Below are positions 55,277 through 64,000 of a DNA stretch of 64,000 nucleotides, one piece after another. Position numbers and translations under genes: made by a program. The DNA lies in assembly GCF_024502345.1 (NCBI RefSeq), contig NZ_JALDNN010000001.1. One strand, 5' to 3'. Under the pieces are notes generated by a model. It did not search any database. It saw only the letters and a program-made list of their open reading frames with translations, and had not been told where the DNA came from. The stretch is from Escherichia coli. Its GTDB lineage: Bacteria > Pseudomonadota > Gammaproteobacteria > Enterobacterales > Enterobacteriaceae. The stretch's first letter is position 1. Each line of letters begins with the position of its first letter.

Positions 55277-58235
55277 CCTTAATCGCGTCATCGGATGGTC
55301 TGGTTTACTGCTGACGTCTTTATTGAGTACCAGCGCACTCGCAGACAATATCGGCACCAGCGCAGAAGAGCTGGGGCTGAGCGATTATCGCCATTTTGTT
55401 ATTTATCCCCGTCTCGATAAGGCGCTGAAGGCACAGAAAAATAACGACGAAGCAACCGCCATCCGCGAATTTGAATATATACACCAGCAGGTGCCGGATA
55501 ATATTCCGCTGACTTTATACCTTGCGGAAGCCTATCGCCATTTTGGTCATGATGACCGGGCGCGGCTGTTGCTTGAGGATCAACTGAAACGTCACCCAGG
55601 AGATGCCCGACTTGAGCGCAGTCTGGCGGCTATTCCGGTTGAAGTGAAAAGCGTTACAACTGTTGAAGAACTGCTTGCCCAGCAAAAAGCGTGCGATGCT
55701 GCGCCGACCCTGCGTTGTCGCAGTGAAGTCGGGCAGAATGCCCTGCGGCTTGCACAGTTACCTGTCGCCAGAGCGCAACTGAACGATGCGACGTTTGCTG
55801 CATCGCCGGAAGGAAAAACGCTGCGAACCGATCTGCTGCAACGGGCAATCTACCTGAAACAATGGTCCCAGGCAGATACGCTATACAATGAAGCACGCCA
55901 GCAGAACACATTAAGCGCGGCAGAACGCCGTCAGTGGTTTGACGTGCTTCTTGCCGGGCAGCTGGACGATCGGATCCTGGCACTGCAATCACAGGGGATC
56001 TTCACCGATCCTCAGTCATATATTACTTACGCGACCGCGCTGGCTTATCGTGGCGAAAAAGCACGCCTCCAGCATTATCTCATTGAAAATAAGCCGCTGT
56101 TTACCACGGACGCACAAGAGAAAAGTTGGCTCTATCTGTTATCTAAATACAGCGCCAACCCCGTTCAGGCATTGGCGAATTATACGGTGCAGTTTGCCGA
56201 TAACCGCCAGTATGTTGTTGGCGCGACGCTACCGGTGCTGTTAAAAGAAGGTCAGTACGACGCAGCGCAAAAACTGCTCGCCACCCTCCCCGCCAATGAA
56301 ATGCTTGAGGAGCGTTATGCTGTCAGCGTGGCGACCCGTAACAAGGCTGAAGCTCTGCGTCTGGCACGATTGCTGTATCAGCAAGAACCGGCAAATCTTA
56401 CCCGCCTGGATCAACTGACCTGGCAACTGATGCAGAACGAGCAGTCACGCGAAGCTGCCGATTTATTGCTGCAACGCTATCCTTTCCAGGGCGATGCGCG
56501 TGTCAGCCAGACTTTAATGGCGCGACTGGCGTCTCTGCTGGAAAGTCATCCTTACCTGGCAACGCCGGCGAAGGTGGCGATTTTATCGAAACCCTTACCG
56601 CTGGCGGAGCAACGTCAGTGGCAAAGTCAGTTGCCGGGTATTGCAGATAATTGCCCGGCAATAGTTCGCTTGCTGGGCGATATGTCGCCTTCCTACGATG
56701 CTGCCGCCTGGAACCGTCTGGCAAAGTGTTATCGGGACACGCTACCCGGTGTGGCGCTGTATGCATGGCTTCAGGCCGAACAACGACAACCGAACGCCTG
56801 GCAACATCGTGCGGTAGCCTATCAGGCGTATCAGGTTGAGGACTACGCCACCGCACTGGCGGCCTGGCAGAAAATCAGTCTTCACGACATGAGCAATGAG
56901 GATCTGCTTGCTGCTGCCAATACCGCCCAGGCGGCAGGAAATGGTGCAGCTCGCGATCGCTGGCTACAACAGGCAGAACAACGTGGACTGGGAAACAATG
57001 CCCTCTACTGGTGGCTGCATGCGCAACGTTACATTCCTGGTCAGCCGGAACTCGCACTGAGCGATCTCACGCGCTCAATCAATATTGCGCCTTCTGCCAA
57101 CGCTTACGTTGCGCGGGCGACAATTTATCGCCAACGTCATAATGTCCCGGCGGCGGTGAGTGATTTGCGCGCCGCGCTGGAACTGGAACCGAATAATAGC
57201 AACATCCAGGCAGCGCTTGGTTACGCCTTGTGGGATAGCGGTGATATCGCACAGTCGCGGGAAATGCTCGAACAGGCGCATAAAGGGCTACCGGACGATC
57301 CGGCACTGATCCGACAACTGGCCTATGTGAACCAGCGTCTGGATGACATGCCTGCGACGCAGCACTACGCCCGGCTGGTGATTGATGACATTGATAATCA
57401 GGCGCTGATAACCCCACTGACCCCAGAGCAAAATCAGCAACGCTTCAATTTCCGCCGTTTGCATGAGGAGGTCGGTCGCCGCTGGACGTTCAGTTTCGAT
57501 TCTTCCATCGGCTTGCGTTCCGGCGCAATGAGTACCGCTAACAATAATGTCGGCGGCGCAGCGCCAGGGAAAAGCTATCGTAGCTACGGACAACTGGAAG
57601 CCGAGTACCGCATCGGACGCAATATGCTGCTGGAAGGCGACCTGCTCTCAGTTTATAGCCGCGTCTTTGCCGATACCGGAGAAAACGGGGTGATGATGCC
57701 GGTGAAAAATCCGATGTCCGGCACCGGTCTGCGCTGGAAGCCGCTGCGCGATCAGATCTTTTTCCTCGCCGTCGAACAGCAGTTGCCGCTGAACGGGCAA
57801 AATGGCGCATCCGATACCATGCTGCGCGCCAGCGCCTCATTCTTTAATGGCGGCAAATACAGCGACGAATGGCACCCGAACGGTTCAGGCTGGTTTGCCC
57901 AAAACCTGTACCTCGATGCGGCGCAATATATCCGCCAGGATATTCAGGCGTGGACGGCAGATTATCGCGTCAGCTGGCATCTGAAGGTAGCTAACGGACA
58001 GACTATTGAGCCTTACGCTCACGTTCAGGACAACGGCTATCGTGATAAAGGCACTCAGGGCGCGCAGCTTGGCGGAGTCGGGGTCCGCTGGAATATCTGG
58101 ACCGGCGAGACGCACTACGACGCCTGGCCGCACAAAGTCAGTCTCGGCGTCGAGTATCAACATACCTTTAAGGCGATTAATCAACGTAACGGAGAGCGCA
58201 ACAACGCGTTTCTCACCATTGGAGTGCACTGGTAA
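55263..58235 (+). CDS. nfrA: NfrA (phage N4 adsorption protein A; outer-membrane TPR-containing protein), 990 aa
   Basis: ORF 55242..58235 trimmed to MKENNLNRVIGWSGLLLTSLLSTSALA (signal peptide); overlaps the nfrB 3' end. Confidence 0.93.
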   Translation: MKENNLNRVIGWSGLLLTSLLSTSALADNIGTSAEELGLSDYRHFVIYPRLDKALKAQKNNDEATAIREFEYIHQQVPDNIPLTLYLAEAYRHFGHDDRARLLLEDQLKRHPGDARLERSLAAIPVEVKSVTTVEELLAQQKACDAAPTLRCRSEVGQNALRLAQLPVARAQLNDATFAASPEGKTLRTDLLQRAIYLKQWSQADTLYNEARQQNTLSAAERRQWFDVLLAGQLDDRILALQSQGIFTDPQSYITYATALAYRGEKARLQHYLIENKPLFTTDAQEKSWLYLLSKYSANPVQALANYTVQFADNRQYVVGATLPVLLKEGQYDAAQKLLATLPANEMLEERYAVSVATRNKAEALRLARLLYQQEPANLTRLDQLTWQLMQNEQSREAADLLLQRYPFQGDARVSQTLMARLASLLESHPYLATPAKVAILSKPLPLAEQRQWQSQLPGIADNCPAIVRLLGDMSPSYDAAAWNRLAKCYRDTLPGVALYAWLQAEQRQPNAWQHRAVAYQAYQVEDYATALAAWQKISLHDMSNEDLLAAANTAQAAGNGAARDRWLQQAEQRGLGNNALYWWLHAQRYIPGQPELALSDLTRSINIAPSANAYVARATIYRQRHNVPAAVSDLRAALELEPNNSNIQAALGYALWDSGDIAQSREMLEQAHKGLPDDPALIRQLAYVNQRLDDMPATQHYARLVIDDIDNQALITPLTPEQNQQRFNFRRLHEEVGRRWTFSFDSSIGLRSGAMSTANNNVGGAAPGKSYRSYGQLEAEYRIGRNMLLEGDLLSVYSRVFADTGENGVMMPVKNPMSGTGLRWKPLRDQIFFLAVEQQLPLNGQNGASDTMLRASASFFNGGKYSDEWHPNGSGWFAQNLYLDAAQYIRQDIQAWTADYRVSWHLKVANGQTIEPYAHVQDNGYRDKGTQGAQLGGVGVRWNIWTGETHYDAWPHKVSLGVEYQHTFKAINQRNGERNNAFLTIGVHW

Positions 58236-59126
58236 ATGCGTAAGTTCATTTTCGTATTGCTGACACTGCTTTTGGTCAGCCCTTTTTCCTTTGCGATGAA
58301 AGGTATTATCTGGCAACCACAAAACCGTGATAGTCAGGTTACCGATACCCAGTGGCAGGGGCTGATGAGTCAGTTACGTTTGCAAGGCTTCGATACCTTG
58401 GTTTTGCAATGGACCCGTTACGGCGATGCATTCACCCAGCCAGAACAGCGCGCGTTATTGTTTAAGCGTGCCGCAGCTGCGCAACAGGCTGGCCTGAAGC
58501 TGATTGTCGGGCTGAACGCCGATCCGGAATTTTTTATGCACCAGAAACAGTCGTCCGCAGCGCTGGAAAGCTATCTTAATCGCCTGCTGGCTGCCGATCT
58601 CCAGCAAGCCAGATTATGGAGCGCCGCGCCTGGCATAACGCCGGATGGCTGGTACATCAGCGCGGAAATTGACGACCTGAACTGGCGCAGCGAAGCTGCC
58701 CGTCAGCCTTTGCTAACATGGTTAAACAACGCGCAGCGGCTGATTAGCGATGTTTCAGCAAAACCGGTTTATATCAGTAGTTTTTTCGCCGGAAACATGT
58801 CGCCCGATGGCTATCGCCAACTGCTGGAACACGTTAAAGCAACCGGCGTTAATGTTTGGGTACAGGATGGCAGCGGCGTGGATAAACTGACCGCTGAACA
58901 GCGTGAACGTTATCTACAGGCCAGCGCCGATTGCCAAAGTTCCGCCCCAGCAAGCGGCATTGTTTATGAACTGTTTGTCGCCGGCAAAGGCAAAACCTTT
59001 ACAGCGAAACCGAAACCGGACGCAGAAATTGCCTCGCTGTTAGCGAAACGTTCCTCTTGCGGTAAAGACACGCTCTATTTCTCTCTGCGCTATTTGCCCG
59101 TCGCGCACGGCATTCTCGAGTATTAA
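58236..59126 (+). CDS. ybcH: YbcH (DUF4434 family, secreted), 296 aa
   Basis: ORF 58236..59126; starts 1 nt after the nfrA stop, so likely co-transcribed. Confidence 0.85.
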   Translation: MRKFIFVLLTLLLVSPFSFAMKGIIWQPQNRDSQVTDTQWQGLMSQLRLQGFDTLVLQWTRYGDAFTQPEQRALLFKRAAAAQQAGLKLIVGLNADPEFFMHQKQSSAALESYLNRLLAADLQQARLWSAAPGITPDGWYISAEIDDLNWRSEAARQPLLTWLNNAQRLISDVSAKPVYISSFFAGNMSPDGYRQLLEHVKATGVNVWVQDGSGVDKLTAEQRERYLQASADCQSSAPASGIVYELFVAGKGKTFTAKPKPDAEIASLLAKRSSCGKDTLYFSLRYLPVAHGILEY

Positions 59127-59308
59127 ATCTCCTCCAGGTAAGTCGGGTACGACCTGGCTTACCTCTTTCGCTCTCGTCAGAATTCCATCAAGATTAATTG
59201 CTAAAAAGCATGCTAAAGAAAGAAGATCGTTATCGGCGAACGGGCCGATCACTCATGCAGGAAGCATAGATCCTTTGAGCGGAGTTTCTGATATCTGAGG
59301 AGTGCGAA

Positions 59309-60070
59309 ATGCAATTGAGCAGCAGTGAACCTTGCGTGGTGATCCTGACCGAAAAAGAGGTAGAGGTAAGCGTCAATAACCATGCTACGTTTACCCTTCC
59401 GAAAAACTACCTGGCCGCCTTCGCGTGCAACAATAACGTCATTGAACTCTCAACGTTAAATCACGTATTAATCACCCACATCAACCGTAACATCATCAAC
59501 GATTATCTGTTGTTTTTAAATAAGAACTTAACCTGTGTAAAGCCCTGGTCGCGGCTGGCTACCCCGGTTATCGCTTGTCATAGCCGTACACCGGAAGTGT
59601 TCCGGCTAGCCGCCAACCACAGCAAGCAGCAACCCAGCAAACCCTGCGAAGCGGAGTTGACGCGCGCATTGCTTTTTACCGTATTGTCTAACTTTCTTGA
59701 GCAATCGCGGTTTATTGCCCTACTGATGTATATCTTACGCAGCAGCGTCCGCGACAGCGTCTGCCGCATTATTCAAAGCGATATTCAGCACTACTGGAAT
59801 CTGCGAATTGTCGCCAGTTCGCTATGTTTAAGCCCCAGCCTGCTCAAAAAGAAATTAAAAAACGAAAATACCAGCTATAGCCAGATTGTCACAGAGTGTC
59901 GTATGCGTTACGCCGTACAGATGTTATTGATGGATAACAAAAATATCACTCAGGTGGCGCAATTATGTGGCTATAGCAGCACGTCGTACTTTATCTCTGT
60001 TTTTAAGGCGTTTTACGGCCTGACACCGTTGAATTATCTCGCCAAACAGCGACAAAAAGTGATGTGGTGA
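59309..60070 (+). CDS. envY: AraC-family transcriptional regulator EnvY, 253 aa
   Basis: ORF 59309..60070; C-terminal AraC-type helix-turn-helix (...NITQVAQLCGYSSTSYFISVFKAFYGLTPLNYL). Confidence 0.88.
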   Translation: MQLSSSEPCVVILTEKEVEVSVNNHATFTLPKNYLAAFACNNNVIELSTLNHVLITHINRNIINDYLLFLNKNLTCVKPWSRLATPVIACHSRTPEVFRLAANHSKQQPSKPCEAELTRALLFTVLSNFLEQSRFIALLMYILRSSVRDSVCRIIQSDIQHYWNLRIVASSLCLSPSLLKKKLKNENTSYSQIVTECRMRYAVQMLLMDNKNITQVAQLCGYSSTSYFISVFKAFYGLTPLNYLAKQRQKVMW

Positions 60071-60114
60071 AGAGCAAAGCGGAACGGATAAGACGGGGTT
60101 AAATGAAGAAGAAA

Positions 60115-60159
60115 TGGCGCGCCCTGCAGGATTCGAACCTGCGGCCCACGACTTAGAAG
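60115..60159 (-). pseudogene. pauD: 3' fragment of a tRNA-Arg(UCU) gene (argU-like attachment-site remnant, pauD-like); acceptor/T-arm through the anticodon region only
   Basis: tggcgcgccctgcaggattcgaacctgcggcccacgacttagaag is the reverse complement of the 3' 45 nt of tRNA-Arg(UCU); the 5' half is absent. Confidence 0.7.
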
Positions 60160-60581
60160 TTCCTAGAACGACATTTTAAGTCAACAAATTACCGCGCCAT
60201 CTCTGCGCTCATACGTCCCACTACCTCAAAACATGTAAAGCCTTGCAAGCCATTGTGAGGCCTTATGTGTCTCAGTTTTGTCCCTCTTTTTTGTACTAAA
60301 AAACATAGCAATTGAGGATAAACCTCATGCTATTTTCGCTTATATGCCTTTAAAGGCATGGCGCTTAAATAGATAAAAACACCACAAAATCATAAAAAAC
60401 CACACAGTAAAACCGCAACATAAAACAATAACAGATAATTAAACCAAAAACAGATAGCGCATTGTGATAATCATTCAATACTAAACAAAATATAAACAGT
60501 GGAGCAATATGTGATTGACTCATTAAGTTAGATATAAAAAATACATATTCAATCATTAAAACGATTGAATGGAGAACTTTT

Positions 60582-60832
60582 ATGCGGGCGAAACTTCTGG
60601 GAATAGTTCTGACAACCCCTATTGCGATCAGCTCTTTTGCTTCTACCGAGACTATATCGTTTACTCCTGACAACATAAATGCGGACATTAGTCTTGGAAC
60701 TCTGAGCGGAAAAACAAAAGAGCGCGTTTATCTAGCTGAAGAAGGAGGCCGAAAAGTCAGTCAACTCGACTGGAAATTCAATAACGCTGCAATTATTAAA
60801 GGTGCAATTAATTGGGATTTGATGCCCCAGAT
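60582..60832 (+). pseudogene. ompT: Outer membrane protease OmpT, truncated after about codon 84 by IS903 (only the signal peptide and first about 60 mature residues remain)
   Basis: ORF 60582..60863; MRAKLLGIVLTTPIAISSFASTETISFTPDNINADISLGTLSGKTKERVYLAEEGGRKVSQLDWKFNNAAIIKGAINWDLMPQ then reads into the IS903 inverted repeat. Confidence 0.85.
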
Positions 60833-61889
60833 GGCTTTGTTGAATAAATCGAACTTTTGCTGAGTTGAAGGATCAGATCACGTATCTTCCCGACAACGCA
60901 GACCGTTCCGTGGCAAAGCAAAAGTTCAAAATCACCAACTGGCCCACCTACAATAAAGCCCTCATCAACCGTGGCTCCATAACTTTCTGGCTGGATGATG
61001 AAGCTATTCAGGCCTGGTATGAGTCAGCAACACCTTCTTCACGAGGCAGACCTCAGCGCTATTCTGACCTTGCCATCACGACTGTGCTGGTCATTAAACG
61101 CGTATTCAGGCTGACCCTGCGCGCTGCGCAGGGCTTTATTGATTCCATTTTTTCTCTGATGAACGTTCCGCTACGCTGCCCGGATTACAGCTGTGTCAGC
61201 AGGCGGGCAAAGTCGGTTAATGTCAGTTTCAAAACGCCCACCCGGGGTGAAATCGCACACCTGGTAATTGATTCCACCGGGCTGAAGGTCTTCGGTGAAG
61301 GCGAGTGGAAAGTCAAAAAGCATGGCCAGGAACGCCGCCGTATCTGGCGTAAGCTGCATCTCGCCGTTGACAGTAAAACACATGAAATCATCTGCGCTGA
61401 CCTGTCGCTGAACAACGTTACGGACTCAGAGGCCTTCCCCGGGTTAATCCGGCAAACCCACCGGAAAATCAGGTCAGCCGCCGCCGATGGCGCTTACGAT
61501 ACCCGGCTATGTCACGATGAACTGCGGCGTAAGAAAATCAGCGCGCTTATCCCTCCCCGAAAAGGTGCGGGTTACTGGCCCGGTGAATATGCAGACCGTA
61601 ACCGTGCAGTGGCTAATCAGCGAATGACCGGGAGTAATGCGCGGTGGAAATGGACAACAGATTACAACCGTCGCTCGATAGCGGAAACGGCGATGTACCG
61701 GGTAAAACAGCTGTTCGGGGGTTCACTGACACTGCGTGACTACGATGGTCAGGTTGCAGAGGCTATGGCCCTGGTACGAGCGCTGAACAAAATGACGAAA
61801 GCAGGTATGCCTGAAAGCGTGCGTATTGCCTGAAAACACAACCCGCTACGGGGGAGACTTACCCGAAATCTGATTTATTCAACAAAGCC
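60833..61889 (+). mobile_element. Second IS903-type element, 1057 bp, same orientation as the copy at 8186..9242 and apparently identical; no target-site duplication (flanks gccccagat / tcgctgaaa)
   Basis: Same 18-bp terminal inverted repeats at 60833-60850 and 61872-61889; left flank is ompT, right flank is the interior of an IS3-family element. Confidence 0.88.
60910..61833 (+). CDS. IS903 transposase (copy 2), 307 aa from GTG (ORF track 60865..61833)
   Basis: Translation identical to the transposase at 8263..9186. Confidence 0.85.
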   Translation: MAKQKFKITNWPTYNKALINRGSITFWLDDEAIQAWYESATPSSRGRPQRYSDLAITTVLVIKRVFRLTLRAAQGFIDSIFSLMNVPLRCPDYSCVSRRAKSVNVSFKTPTRGEIAHLVIDSTGLKVFGEGEWKVKKHGQERRRIWRKLHLAVDSKTHEIICADLSLNNVTDSEAFPGLIRQTHRKIRSAAADGAYDTRLCHDELRRKKISALIPPRKGAGYWPGEYADRNRAVANQRMTGSNARWKWTTDYNRRSIAETAMYRVKQLFGGSLTLRDYDGQVAEAMALVRALNKMTKAGMPESVRIA

Positions 61890-62080
61890 TCGCTGAAAGT
61901 GGAATGTATCCATGGAGAACACTTTATCAGCCGGGAAATAATGCGGGCAACGGTGTTTAATTATATCGAATGTGATTACAATCGGTGGCGGCGGCACAGT
62001 TGGTGTGGCGGCCTCAGTCCGGAACAATTTGAAAACCAGAACCTCGCTTAGGCCTGTGTCCATATTACGTGGGTAGGATC
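61890..62080 (+). mobile_element. 3' remnant (about 190 bp) of an IS3-family element: last about 50 codons of the OrfB transposase (...[28 protein letters not shown]) plus right inverted repeat ending ...ggtaggatca
   Basis: Open frame from the IS903 junction to a TAG at 62047-62049, followed by an IS3-group-like terminal repeat ending CA. Confidence 0.6.
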
Positions 62081-62331
62081 ACACCTTCTTCCACACTTTC
62101 TGGAACATTTAGGTAACAACCATCTGGATATTGGTGTTGGAACTGGGTTTTACCTTACTCACGTACCTGAGAGTAGTCTGATATCTTTAATGGATTTGAA
62201 CGAAGCTAGCCTGAACGCGGCATCTACAAGGGCTGGGGAATCAAAAATTAAACATAAAATTAACCATTGATGTAGCCCCCTGAAACACCGGACAGTAGCT
62301 GTATCTCCAGATAAGAGATAGGCTTGAATAT

Positions 62332-62727
62332 ATGTCTAACACTAACGCCAATTTTGAGATGACCGGGATCCTGTTAGGGCAAGAAGTCCGTAAACGTAAA
62401 ACTCCTCAGGAGAAGATCGCCATTATCCAGCAGACGATGGAGCCGGGTATGAATGTCTCCCATGTCGCCCGCCTGCATGGTATCCAGCCCAGCCTGCTGT
62501 TTAAGTGGAAGAAGCAATATCAGGAAGGCAGCCTCACCGCCGTTGCGGCTGGAGAGGAAGTCGTTCCTGCTTCTGAGCTTACTGCTGCTCTGAAGCAGGT
62601 CCGGGAGCTTCAGCGCCTTCTGGGCAAGAAAACGATGGAAGTTGAGATCCTGAAAGAAGCCGTGGAGTACGGTCAGTCGCGAAAATGGATAGCGCACGCG
62701 CCCTTGTTGCCAAAGGACGGGGAATAG
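62332..62727 (+). CDS. IS2-group transposase OrfA (helix-turn-helix DNA-binding subunit), 131 aa
   Basis: ORF 62332..62727; clearly related to, but not identical with, IS2 InsC as I recall it (shared blocks [46 protein letters not shown]...LKEAVEYG). Confidence 0.8.
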   Translation: MSNTNANFEMTGILLGQEVRKRKTPQEKIAIIQQTMEPGMNVSHVARLHGIQPSLLFKWKKQYQEGSLTAVAAGEEVVPASELTAALKQVRELQRLLGKKTMEVEILKEAVEYGQSRKWIAHAPLLPKDGE

Positions 62728-63566
62728 CCATGGTCAGCCGGACCATGGGCGTGTCGCGTGCGCAACTGTCACTGCGGATTAACCGTTCTGCCGACTGGCA
62801 GGACAGGCGCTGTAACCGGCGTAATGAAGAAGCAGACGCAGAAATACTGTCGGCTATCCTCAACATTATCAGCGATATGCCGAGTTATGGTTATCGACGC
62901 GTGTGGGGCATCCTGCGCAAGCAACGTCGCACAGAGGGACAGCCACCTGTGAATGCCAAACGGCTTTACAGGATAATGAGCGAGCATAACCTGTTGTTGT
63001 TGCATCACAAACCAGAGCGACCGAAGCGTGAACATAAGGGCAAGATAGCGGTGGCAGAAAGCGATATGCGCTGGTGTTCAGATGGCTTCGAGTTCGGCTG
63101 CGACAACGGCGAAAAACTGCGGGTAACGTTCGCGCTGGACTGCTGCGACCGTGAGGCCATAGACTGGGCAGCAAGCACGGGAGGCTATGACAGTTCGACC
63201 GTGCAGGATGTGATGCTGAGGTCGGTGGAAAAGCGCTTCGGCGACAGGTTGCCCGACACAGCGGTGCAGTGGCTGACGGATAACGGTTCAGCGTATACCG
63301 CGTATGAAACGCGGAGGTTCGCGAGAGAGCTGAATCTGGAGCCCTGCACAACAGCGGTGAGCAGCCCGCAGAGTAATGGCATGGCCGAACGGTTCGTGAA
63401 AACGATGAAAGAAGACTATATCGCGTTCATGCCAAAACCGGATGTGAGAACAGCACTGCGAAACCTTGCAGTAGCGTTCACGCATTACAATGAAAACCAC
63501 CCGCACAGCGCGCTGGGATATCACTCCCCGAGGGAATACCGGCGGCAGCGGACATCGTTAACTTAA
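62685..63566 (+). CDS. IS2-group transposase OrfB (DDE integrase domain), 293 aa as an ORF; probably expressed as an OrfAB fusion by -1 frameshifting
   Basis: ORF 62685..63566 in the -1 frame relative to orfA with a 43-nt overlap; conserved [42 protein letters not shown] blocks. Confidence 0.8.
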   Translation: MDSARALVAKGRGIAMVSRTMGVSRAQLSLRINRSADWQDRRCNRRNEEADAEILSAILNIISDMPSYGYRRVWGILRKQRRTEGQPPVNAKRLYRIMSEHNLLLLHHKPERPKREHKGKIAVAESDMRWCSDGFEFGCDNGEKLRVTFALDCCDREAIDWAASTGGYDSSTVQDVMLRSVEKRFGDRLPDTAVQWLTDNGSAYTAYETRRFARELNLEPCTTAVSSPQSNGMAERFVKTMKEDYIAFMPKPDVRTALRNLAVAFTHYNENHPHSALGYHSPREYRRQRTSLT

Positions 63567-63672
63567 GATACAAAAGCTGTTCGGAGATGGAGGGTCAAGA
63601 TCACATAAAATTAACCATGATGTTTTTGAACCTTATCCCGCGGCGTTACATGGTCAATTTGATTCCATTTCC

Positions 63673-63972
63673 ATGTTTTACCTTCTTCACTGCCTGCCTG
63701 GAAATATATCTACAAAAAGCTGTGTAATACGCAATGCGGCGCAGGCCTTAACTGACGATGGAACTCTATACGGAGCCACAATTCTTGGCGATGGAGTTGT
63801 GCACAATAGCTTCGGTCAAAAACTGATGCGCATTTACAATCAGAAAGGCATCTTTTCAAACACAAAAGATTCCGAAGAAGGCTTAACACATATACTCTCA
63901 GAGCATTTCGAGAATGTTAAAACCAAGGTTCAAGGTACTGTAGTAATGTTTTCCGCTTCAGGGAAAAAATAG
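63673..63972 (+). CDS. Hypothetical protein, 99 aa, no recognisable family
   Basis: ORF 63673..63972 just beyond the IS2-group element; identity unknown; could be a spurious ORF. Confidence 0.25.
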   Translation: MFYLLHCLPGNISTKSCVIRNAAQALTDDGTLYGATILGDGVVHNSFGQKLMRIYNQKGIFSNTKDSEEGLTHILSEHFENVKTKVQGTVVMFSASGKK

Positions 63973-64000
63973 CATCCAACCGCAGCACGTTCTTGCATAA

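Larger units (their letters stand above)
62268..63603 (+). mobile_element. IS3-family, IS2-group insertion sequence (about 1.33 kb) with orfA/orfB in -1 frameshift arrangement; boundaries uncertain by a few bp; flanked by a 15-bp direct repeat cataaaattaaccat
   Basis: Left end tgatgtagccccctgaaacaccggacag resembles the IS2 left inverted repeat; two overlapping transposase ORFs; right end ...ggagggtcaagatca. Confidence 0.7.

Noticed and set aside
60115-60190. Functional tRNA-Arg gene
   Set aside because: Only the 3' 45 nt (T-arm, acceptor 3' strand, anticodon region) match; the 5' half is replaced by unrelated sequence, so it cannot fold into a tRNA.

Overview
This window reads as a well-characterised Escherichia coli chromosomal segment, in K-12-like gene order: (citT 3' end)-rna-rnk-yldA-ybdR-uspG-ahpF-ahpC-dsbG-ybdO-ybdN-ybdM-ybdL-ybdH-ybdD-cstA, the complete enterobactin locus (entH-entA-entB-entE-entC / fepB / entS / fepDGC / fepE / entF-ybdZ-fes / fepA-entD), a hok/sok locus with IS186, ybdK-ybdJ-ybdF-nfsB-ybdG-pheP, the copper/silver efflux locus cusCFBA / cusRS, nfrB-nfrA-ybcH-envY, a tRNA-Arg fragment and ompT. 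Gene identities come from recognising the translated ORFs; no database search was possible. I do not see a novel or undescribed biological system: every large ORF matches a known product. What is unusual is the pattern of insertion sequences and gene inactivations, which is not that of K-12 MG1655 as I recall it: (1) two identical 1057-bp IS903-type elements in direct orientation, one cleanly inserted in ybdN with a 9-bp target duplication, the other truncating ompT with no duplication and abutting an IS3-family remnant; (2) an in-frame TAG at codon 11 of nfrB; (3) a 5'-truncated ybdR; (4) a diverged tandem duplication of the hok/sok locus, with IS186 just downstream of the second hok; (5) an IS2-group element and an unidentified ORF at the window end, where K-12 synteny breaks. 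Fur boxes, a CusR box, REP/BIME and ERIC repeats and several terminators are also visible. Coordinates of non-coding sites are hand-counted and may be off by a few bases.
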